NCBI GenBank assembly: GCA_017983775.1 | Contig: JAGOAT010000002.1 | Span: forward strand, 1 to 50,280 | From: Candidatus Saccharimonadota bacterium | GTDB lineage: Bacteria; Patescibacteriota; Saccharimonadia; JAGOAT01 | Direction of reading: 5' to 3' | Length of the DNA: 50,280 nt | Notes under the pieces: generated by a model | Database searches by the model: none | What the model was told of the DNA's origin: nothing | The model's input: only the letters and a program-made list of their open reading frames with translations | Translations under genes and position numbers: made by a program | Shown here: positions 43,393 through 50,280 of the stretch, in pieces | Numbering within the stretch: position 1 is the stretch's first letter | Layout: each line of letters opens with the position of its first letter

Positions 43393-44535
43393 ATGATTAA
43401 GGGTTTCAATAAATATTTGCTATTAGGACTGCTTGGGGTTTTGGTAGTAGGGGGATTCTTCGTTGGTTCTGCTAGACCTGTTCAAGCTGAGGAAAAGTCT
43501 GATGATAGTCAGGGGGTAGATACAGTAGTCCTGGAAGGGCCAGTGGTTAAAGTAGGTCAAGAATTAGTGGTTGATCAATACATCAAAGGGGATTTAATAA
43601 TAATGGCTAGGAAGGTTCAGATTACCGGGGTGGTAGAGGGTAGTGTTTATGGTATGGCAGAAACTGTAGATTTGGATGGTCAGGTAGAGGGCAACATGCA
43701 TCTTCTGGCTAGAGATATTGATTATGCCGGAGAGGTACAGGGTAGTAGTTATAGTCTTGGTCAATATTTTACTATGCAAATAGGATCAATGATCGGTGGT
43801 TCTGTAATAGCTGCTGGAGAAGGTCTGGATATTCAGGGGAAGGTTAAGAATATTTTCTTTGCAGGCTCTAGATTATTATTAGGCGGTCAAGTTGACCAAG
43901 CAAATTTACGCGTAGATAGTCTGGAGATTATTGATAGTGCAAAGGTTGGCAAGATCCAGGGGCAATACAAAGAATCTGAGATTTCTGAATCTGCAAATAT
44001 AGAAGATAACCAATTGACAATGGTCGAGTCAGAGCCGAAAGCAAATAATGCGGCAAAGAGAGTTTTTATGAAATCCGGGGCAATTCTTGGATGGGCTATT
44101 GGTTTCGCTTTGCTATTTATGTTTGTGAAGTATTATTTGGTATCAATATATCAAGCCCTTGACTCCCGGAGTGGAGATCCCTTGAAAAGTTTGGGTGTAG
44201 GATTCTTGGCATCCATAGCCTCGCCATTAGTTTTGTTAGCTGGGATCATGCCGTTTATCGGCTGGTCATTCATTGGTTTAGCTATAGCTATCTGGATATT
44301 GGCTTTGACCCTAACTCCAGTGATAATTATCCAGATCATCGCAAATAAGGTTGCTAATCGTAATCTCCAAATATGGGAGATATTGGGTATAGCTCTATTG
44401 GTTAGTCTAGCTTACAGTTTGCCCTTAATTGGACTTTTAGTTAAGTATTTTGGTGTAATAATCAGTCTCGGCTTAATATTAAGGACAGTTGTCAGTAAGA
44501 CCAATAAGAAATTAAACAAGAATAGACTTGCATAG
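43393..44535 (+). CDS. Membrane protein with an exported bactofilin-like/beta-helical repeat region and a C-terminal 4-TM bundle; unknown function
   Basis: Signal peptide ending ...ARPVQAEE. Repeated (V/I)xGxVxGxx units (VQITGVVEGSVYGMAETVDLDGQVEGNMHLLARDIDYAGEVQGSSY), followed by four hydrophobic helices. Confidence 0.6.
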   Translation: MIKGFNKYLLLGLLGVLVVGGFFVGSARPVQAEEKSDDSQGVDTVVLEGPVVKVGQELVVDQYIKGDLIIMARKVQITGVVEGSVYGMAETVDLDGQVEGNMHLLARDIDYAGEVQGSSYSLGQYFTMQIGSMIGGSVIAAGEGLDIQGKVKNIFFAGSRLLLGGQVDQANLRVDSLEIIDSAKVGKIQGQYKESEISESANIEDNQLTMVESEPKANNAAKRVFMKSGAILGWAIGFALLFMFVKYYLVSIYQALDSRSGDPLKSLGVGFLASIASPLVLLAGIMPFIGWSFIGLAIAIWILALTLTPVIIIQIIANKVANRNLQIWEILGIALLVSLAYSLPLIGLLVKYFGVIISLGLILRTVVSKTNKKLNKNRLA

Positions 44536-44647
44536 ACCTAAGTGCTTATGATAATCTAAGATTAACTATCGTGAGGGTAGCGTTCACAAAGCAATGCGTG
44601 AAAATAAAAACTAAAAAGTAAAGCTATTATTAAATAGAGGTGGAGTA

Positions 44648-47600
44648 ATGATACAAAAGTTGAATTTGTTTGGTAAGCTAGGGACAAGGAAGTCAATTAT
44701 TACCTTGGCAGGGTTAGGGTTGGTCATAGTTGGAGCAGTCAATATTACTTCAGTCAGTGGTCTAAATCAGCAGACTAGCAACAATCAAACATTGAGCAAG
44801 GATGTCAATCCAATTGTTAACGGTAATCCTGATTATACTACCACTACCGTAAATGCTGGTGGTGAATTAGAGTGGATTATTGAATATGGCAACGATACAG
44901 GCAGTATCGTTGATCCCGTTACTATCACGGATGATATTATTGGTGGACAACAATATGTAGGGGGGAGCCTAGATGTTCCTCTTGGTTGGGAGGAAGGCTA
45001 CTCGACAAATGGTGGTAGTAGCTATAGTCCTACAGAGCCAGCAGCTAGTAGTGTAAATTCATTGCAAGCTACCGGTAACAGGATTACCTCTCCTTCCACA
45101 GGTATCAATGGTCTGATACCCGCACCAGTTGCTTCTGTCAATCAAGACAAGTCAGTCACTCATGGGGATGGTTATTTGCCTATTGTTTATCGCAGCGGAG
45201 ATATTTATAGGGTATACAATATTTACCATCACAATTCTTGGGAAGATGGCGATGCTACTGGTATCATTAATTGTTTTGATGTCAACTCTGGCGATTATTG
45301 TGCTGATACTAGTTTTGATTATACTACTGGACTATATACGCCCCTAACAGGCGTTGGAGTGCAGACTTCGTGGTTTCCAGAAGGTCAGCAGGCAGTTATA
45401 AATGGCAAGTTTTATTATGCAGTTCATCAGGAAGCTAGTAGCAATGTAGGTGTTGGTTGTTTAGATCTCGCTACCGGGGTAGATTGCACTACCAATTCCT
45501 ATACTCAAATTAGTGCTGATGCTCCTTGGTATACTTATGCCAATGCAAATAAAAACCACCATGCTGGTATCGAGGGTCCTGCGGTAGTGGGGGACACGCT
45601 TTATTTCTTCGTTCGTCATAGTAATGGCAAGCTCTATATGCATAGCTACAACACAACTACTGGAGTAGCTAATACCACCGGAGTTCAGATCAATACCACC
45701 GGAGTTTATCTAAATGACCCCATCCAGAGTGAGGGGGAACTGTACGTACCCTATGAAGTAATAGGAACAAAGATTTATTTTACAATCAATTTCCAGATCA
45801 GTGGCACTAAGAGTGCTCCTGAGTTTGGTTGCTTTGATACTGCTACCAATTCTGCTTGCGCAGGATATAGTTCGACTGCAATCTTACCTAACGCAACTGC
45901 TACAGCCAATTTTGCAGCCGGGGCACAGACCTGGATTTATTATTCAGTTTATCCTGTATATCTACCAAATGGTAGCGTAGATAGTGTCTGTACATCTACC
46001 CTAGCTCAGTATAATCAAGATATTAACAATCCAGCTGGGTATCAATACCCGACTTATTGTTATTCACCAACCAGTAATACACCCTACATCAACACATCGG
46101 TTCAATCTAGCCTTGAAGCCTTTTGGGCAAGCTATAGCAGTATTCCCGCAGTTAGCAGTATGGTCAACAATAGTAGTCAGGGTGTGAATGGAATGTTGAT
46201 GATAGAAGAGATTAATATCAATCTCAATGGTGCTAATAGGACCTATTTTGCTACCAGAAGTAGTGATCAGTATCCTAGTAACAATGATGAAACCCAAGGT
46301 CTTGGGATAGTCGCTTGCTATGATTTTACCAATTCTCAGCCTTGTGCAGGATTCGGAACAGCCGGATTACCAGCAGGGATAGCTACTTTTGGCAACGTCA
46401 ATCCTAGCCAGCTAAGTGCTACTCCGACTTTTGGTAATACTCAGGACTACGGTTACGATTACGACCAAGTAAGTGGATGTATGTGGGGGTTGGGGGATGA
46501 AGGGTACCTTTGGAGCTTTGATGCAGAGACAGGAGCAAGTCCCTGTAGCTCGATATCCGAAACTATTGAATTAGACCTTAACCCAGATAATTTCTACTGT
46601 GATGGTAAGAGTGACAATTATATTCAGGGATGGGATAGTTTGACCGTGCTAGAGCCAGGATCTGGTGTTCCTGCTACTGTTAGTTATACTGTTACAGTCT
46701 ATGATGTTAACAATAATCCAATATCTGGATATCAGAATATTACATTACCAGCTAGTAATCAATTAGATCTAAGTGGAATCAATAGCACGACTTATTCTAG
46801 CTTGCGAGTAGAGGTGACTGCAGCAGATAGTAATAATGGTACTAGTTGGACTAATACTATACCTGTGATGTTGACTTTTGAGGCTACTAATAATCCTCAA
46901 GTTTGTTATCGTACAATAGTCCCAGATAATTGTGATATTACCTCAGCAGATAACACTGCAGTGGTTGATGCCGATGGTACTACAATCAGCGTCAGTGATA
47001 GTATAGAAATCATCAATCAGTCCAATTGTGATCCAGGAAGAATAGGTAATCAAGTCTGGAATGACCTAGACCGTGACGGAGTATTTGATACAGGGGAACC
47101 AGGTATCCCTGGGGTAGTGGTCAAGCTCTATCAAGGTGTTTGTTCTAGTAATACAGCCCAATCTACTCCAATTGCCACTACTACAACAGGGTCTGATGGA
47201 ACCTATTATTTCAATGGACTACCAGTAGATCAAAGTTACTATGTAATTGTAGACAAAACAAGTAATAGTGTGATCAATGACTATACTTTGTCAGTTGGCT
47301 CAAACCAGTCTGCTGATAATTACTCCAAGGATGACAGTTGCTACGAGGTAAATCTTACAACTGCAAATCCAACCAATCTAACTGCTGATTTTGGATACTA
47401 TGCTGGGAGAATTGGTAATCAGATCTGGATAGATTTAGATAGAGATGGTATCTTCGATGATGGACTAGAGACTGGTGTTGCTGGAGTAACCGTTAAGCTC
47501 TATCAAGGTGTTTGTAGTAGTCATACTACAGCCTCATCTCCACTTAGTACCACCACTACAGCCAATGATGGTACGTATTATTTTGATGAGTTAGCTCTAG

Positions 47601-48715
47601 ACCAAACGTATTATGTAATAGTTGATAGGACTGGTAGTTCAATCGAGAATTATCTTCATGTCATGGGAAGTGACCAGTCTGCTGATAATTACTCCAAGGA
47701 TGAAACTTGTTATGGGGTTAATTTGACCGCCGGAAATCCAGAGAATTTAACAGCTGATTTTGGTTATTATGCGTCAGGTATTGATATCGCGGTAAACAAA
47801 GAGATAGTGGGGCAGGCTGATGGTGCGACTTTAGCTAGAGGGCAAAAGTTTACTTATCGAATTACTGTCACTAATCTTGGTCCTGACGAAGCCAAGAATA
47901 TTACGATCAAAGACCAATTTCCAGGAGGAATTACAGTAGAGCCTGGATCCGTTAGTTGTGTATTTAAAAATCCAGAAAACACTTGTGATATTAATCCAGC
48001 TATTAGCAACTATACGGGTATTCTGACAGAGGATCAAAATATCGGATTGTTGGTCAATCAGAAATTGGTAATTGATGTAGTTGCTACTGTAGATAAAGAT
48101 ACATCTGGAACAATTATCAACATAGTTGAAGTAGCGGAAAAAGGCAGAGAAGAAGTAACTTATGCGAACAATAAAGATACTGTTAGTTTTGTAGTACCAA
48201 AAGAAATTGACCTAGCTATCACCAAGACTCATGATCCGGCTCAACCAACTGCCGGTGGTATAGTGACCTACACTATTGTGGTGGTCAATAATGGCCCCGA
48301 CGATGTCGAAGGCGCTACAATGAACGACAATGTTCCGGAAGTGATTACTGCAGTTAGCTGGACATGTACTGCTAGTGCTAATGCGGTATGTCTAGATACG
48401 AGTGGTAGTGGTAATCAAATAAATGCGGTTAGCAATATGCTGAATGGTGCTTCAGTAACTTATTCAGTAGTGGGGACTTTGTCAGGTAGCGCAAGTGGCG
48501 AGATAGTCAATCAGGCTTCGGTTACCGCTCCTGAAGGTTATATTGAGACTACACTTGAAAACAATACTGATTCGACTGCCTTTAGTATCGCTCCACCTGC
48601 ATCTTTACCACAGACTGGTTTTACTAAGAATTTAAGCCTAGTAGGAATACTTAGTCTGATGCTTGGATTATTTATTGTCTATAAGCAACTTAGAAATTTG
48701 CCAGCAAATCAGTAG
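44648..48715 (+). CDS. Giant LPXTG-anchored surface protein (1355 aa): Cys-paired repeat domain, two SdrD-B/Cna-B-like repeats, DUF11-type repeats, LPQTG sorting signal
   Basis: RBS GAGGTGGAG and an N-terminal signal/TM. A 123-aa tandem repeat begins GRIGNQ(V/I)W.DLDRDG (nt 47036-47404 and 47405-47773). DUF11-like LAITKTHDPAQPTAGGIVTYTIVVVNNGPDD. The C-terminus reads SLPQTGFTKNLSLVGILSLMLGLFIVYKQLR. Confidence 0.85.
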   Translation: MIQKLNLFGKLGTRKSIITLAGLGLVIVGAVNITSVSGLNQQTSNNQTLSKDVNPIVNGNPDYTTTTVNAGGELEWIIEYGNDTGSIVDPVTITDDIIGGQQYVGGSLDVPLGWEEGYSTNGGSSYSPTEPAASSVNSLQATGNRITSPSTGINGLIPAPVASVNQDKSVTHGDGYLPIVYRSGDIYRVYNIYHHNSWEDGDATGIINCFDVNSGDYCADTSFDYTTGLYTPLTGVGVQTSWFPEGQQAVINGKFYYAVHQEASSNVGVGCLDLATGVDCTTNSYTQISADAPWYTYANANKNHHAGIEGPAVVGDTLYFFVRHSNGKLYMHSYNTTTGVANTTGVQINTTGVYLNDPIQSEGELYVPYEVIGTKIYFTINFQISGTKSAPEFGCFDTATNSACAGYSSTAILPNATATANFAAGAQTWIYYSVYPVYLPNGSVDSVCTSTLAQYNQDINNPAGYQYPTYCYSPTSNTPYINTSVQSSLEAFWASYSSIPAVSSMVNNSSQGVNGMLMIEEININLNGANRTYFATRSSDQYPSNNDETQGLGIVACYDFTNSQPCAGFGTAGLPAGIATFGNVNPSQLSATPTFGNTQDYGYDYDQVSGCMWGLGDEGYLWSFDAETGASPCSSISETIELDLNPDNFYCDGKSDNYIQGWDSLTVLEPGSGVPATVSYTVTVYDVNNNPISGYQNITLPASNQLDLSGINSTTYSSLRVEVTAADSNNGTSWTNTIPVMLTFEATNNPQVCYRTIVPDNCDITSADNTAVVDADGTTISVSDSIEIINQSNCDPGRIGNQVWNDLDRDGVFDTGEPGIPGVVVKLYQGVCSSNTAQSTPIATTTTGSDGTYYFNGLPVDQSYYVIVDKTSNSVINDYTLSVGSNQSADNYSKDDSCYEVNLTTANPTNLTADFGYYAGRIGNQIWIDLDRDGIFDDGLETGVAGVTVKLYQGVCSSHTTASSPLSTTTTANDGTYYFDELALDQTYYVIVDRTGSSIENYLHVMGSDQSADNYSKDETCYGVNLTAGNPENLTADFGYYASGIDIAVNKEIVGQADGATLARGQKFTYRITVTNLGPDEAKNITIKDQFPGGITVEPGSVSCVFKNPENTCDINPAISNYTGILTEDQNIGLLVNQKLVIDVVATVDKDTSGTIINIVEVAEKGREEVTYANNKDTVSFVVPKEIDLAITKTHDPAQPTAGGIVTYTIVVVNNGPDDVEGATMNDNVPEVITAVSWTCTASANAVCLDTSGSGNQINAVSNMLNGASVTYSVVGTLSGSASGEIVNQASVTAPEGYIETTLENNTDSTAFSIAPPASLPQTGFTKNLSLVGILSLMLGLFIVYKQLRNLPANQ

Positions 48716-48720
48716 TCCTA

Positions 48721-48978
48721 ATGAGTAAACACCCAATCAATGATTCTGATTTGGAGATGATAGTCAAGATTGCCTTATATCAGATATTGGGATTAGTATG
48801 GATGGTTAACAGTGGGGGTTATCGGATTTTCCCGATTGGTTTGGTGATTGGTTATTTTCTGACCAAGCATGAGAAGCTACGCTTAAACCAACGGCTTGAG
48901 TTTGCACCACTAGTAATGGGATCGACCCTGGGGTTGGTTGGCGTTGGTGGGGTTTACTTGGCTTTGCCTTGGTTTTAA
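48721..48978 (+). CDS. Small membrane protein (85 aa), unknown function
   Basis: Starts 5 nt after the adhesin stop. It has two or three hydrophobic helices and no recognisable motif. Confidence 0.4.
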   Translation: MSKHPINDSDLEMIVKIALYQILGLVWMVNSGGYRIFPIGLVIGYFLTKHEKLRLNQRLEFAPLVMGSTLGLVGVGGVYLALPWF

Positions 48979-48989
48979 AGATAGATACT

Positions 48990-49170
48990 ATCCAGAGTCA
49001 GTTGGCCAAAATCCTGTAAGGATTTATGGAGATCTAACGTTTCGCATCAAGTGATTAGCTAAATGTCAGTAGAGGTGGATCCCCCGTATTGTTCTACGAA
49101 CAATCGGAGGATGACGAGAGAGGAGGGGCTTCGGGGATGATAATACAAGGGAGGGCTCCAGGGACGAAAC
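48990..49170. repeat. REP/BIME-like cluster C (same family as A and B, opposite orientation)
   Basis: GATCCCCCGTATTGTTCTACGAACAATCGGAGGATGACG (49078-49116) is the inverted counterpart of 33988-34026. The second hairpin is at 49009-49025. Confidence 0.7.
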
Positions 49171-49180
49171 TATACTCCCG

Positions 49181-49324
49181 AAAACAAAACCCATACCTTT
49201 GACTGTATCTTACAGTATATAACTTTCACTATTACTTCTCATCATATCTATATATATGATTTATCACAATAACAACAATTCTAGATCTATAATCTATGAC
49301 TCCCAAGCGAACAGGTTTTGTTTT
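49181..49324. repeat. Copy 2 of the TIR-bounded element seen at 22760-22889
   Basis: AAAACAAAACCCA ... ACAGGTTTTGTTTT. The internal ~105 nt are nearly identical to copy 1, and the left part carries a ~14-nt length difference. Confidence 0.7.
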
Positions 49325-49386
49325 GAGTGGATATAAGAACCAAGTGTCATGTTTCTTTAGGCTTGAGACGGTTGCTGTATATTTGA

Positions 49387-50280
49387 TTAAGATCGGAATT
49401 GATCTTGAATATAGGAGGTTAGGTCGGCTATTTTGATCCTGATTTGTTCCATGCTATCCCTATCCCTGATAGTAATGGCCTGGTCTTCTAGGGACTCAAA
49501 ATCGACAGTCACACATAAGGGTGTACCTATCTCATCTTGTCTACGGTAGCGTTTACCAATGCTCTGCGTCTCATCATATTCTGCCATTAGGCCAGATTGA
49601 CTAACTTCTTTAAATAACTGCTTTGCAAGGTCGGTAAGAGGCTCCTTCTTGCTTAGGGGTAAGATTGCTACTTTGATCGGGGCGATAGCTTTGGCAAGTC
49701 TAAGTACAGTCCTAGTCTCACCATTAACTTCTTCTTGGTCATAAGCATTGGTGATAGCAGCCATCATTAGTCTGCCAACTCCGACTGAGCTCTCTATTAC
49801 GTTAGGGACGAAACGGCTAGAGTCATTTGGATCAAAGTAGCTGAGATCTTGACCACTCTCTTTGATATGACTACTGAGATCAAAGTCAGTTCGGTTGTGA
49901 GTTCCCCAGAGTTCTTTTTTGCCATGGGGGAAATGGAAGTAGATGTCATGAGCTGCTGCTGCGTAGTGAGCTCTCTCATCATCTCCATGTTCGTGCCAAC
50001 TGAGACGTGCTGGATTAATGCCCATCCTTGAAACTAAAAAGTCCCAAGCAAAATCTCGCCATTCCTGGTAAGCTTGGTCTTGAATGTTTGGATGAATGAA
50101 GTATTGCATCTCCATTTGTTCTAGTTCGCGAACACGAAATATGAAGTCGCGGGGATTAATCTCATTGCGGAAGGCTTTACCGACTTGAGCTATACCAAAA
50201 GGTAGTTTGGAGCGAGTAGTTTCTCGGACGAGTTCATAGTTGGTAAAGATTGATCCAGCTGTTTCTGGACGCAGATAGAC
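49387..50280 (-). CDS. glyQS: Glycine--tRNA ligase (class II, GlyQS type), C-terminal ~297 codons; N-terminus lies beyond the right window edge
   Basis: The frame stays open from the track ORF (49387..50115) to position 50280. My translation VYLRPETAGSIFTNYELVRETTRSKLPFGIAQVGKAFRNEINPRDFIFRVRELEQMEMQYF matches motif 2, and the C-terminal anticodon-binding domain has KVAILPL. Confidence 0.9.
   Translation of the reverse strand, partial: VYLRPETAGSIFTNYELVRETTRSKLPFGIAQVGKAFRNEINPRDFIFRVRELEQMEMQYFIHPNIQDQAYQEWRDFAWDFLVSRMGINPARLSWHEHGDDERAHYAAAAHDIYFHFPHGKKELWGTHNRTDFDLSSHIKESGQDLSYFDPNDSSRFVPNVIESSVGVGRLMMAAITNAYDQEEVNGETRTVLRLAKAIAPIKVAILPLSKKEPLTDLAKQLFKEVSQSGLMAEYDETQSIGKRYRRQDEIGTPLCVTVDFESLEDQAITIRDRDSMEQIRIKIADLTSYIQDQFRS

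Noticed and set aside
1-50280. Alternative genetic code (UGA or UAG reassignment, as in some CPR lineages)
   Set aside because: Conserved genes end cleanly at TGA (sortase, dnaG), TAG (lexA, rpmF, rpsF) and TAA (rpoD, obg) at the lengths expected for their families. The single in-frame TAG in ftsA is therefore treated as a local anomaly.

Overview
AT-rich, tightly packed bacterial chromosome segment using the standard genetic code; TGA, TAG and TAA all terminate well-conserved genes. The gene content suggests a reduced-genome, Gram-positive-like lineage, probably Patescibacteria/CPR and possibly Saccharibacteria-like. This rests on a sortase with LPXTG-type substrates, rpsF-ssb-rpsR, a dnaG-rpoD pair, shortened aminoacyl-tRNA synthetases and many orphan envelope proteins, and it is inference only. 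Housekeeping genes recognised: dnaG, rpoD, lexA, alaS, ftsA-like, obg, leuS, rpmF (missed by the ORF track), nusB, a NUDIX hydrolase, rnc, ndk, recX, rpsF, ssb, rpsR, efp and partial glyQS. There are five tRNAs, all with encoded CCA: two CAT, Ala-GGC, Arg-CCT and Asp-GTC. The accessory part is all cell envelope: a glycosylation cluster (GT4, flippase-like, GT2, Ugd), two divergently transcribed processive GT2 synthase operons, one sortase, three C-terminal sorting-signal proteins (one of only 78 aa) and two secreted peptidoglycan hydrolases. I found no transposase, integrase, CRISPR array, RT, nuclease or other classic defence or mobile gene. The most noteworthy observations are: (1) the twin synthase locus with orphan membrane partners and a mini LPXTG protein; (2) an ftsA-like gene cut by an in-frame TAG and followed by an orphan membrane protein where ftsZ normally sits; (3) a DnaG whose four zinc ligands are all substituted; (4) four families of non-coding repeats, namely a GC-rich 19-bp palindrome in fixed-spacing pairs, an 85-bp TIR-bounded element, REP/BIME-like GTCATCC clusters with covarying hairpins, and a 130-145-bp element with 13-bp terminal inverted repeats; (5) a possible VirB6/VirB8/hydrolase-like envelope trio. 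All functional calls rest on motif recognition by eye; no database search was possible.
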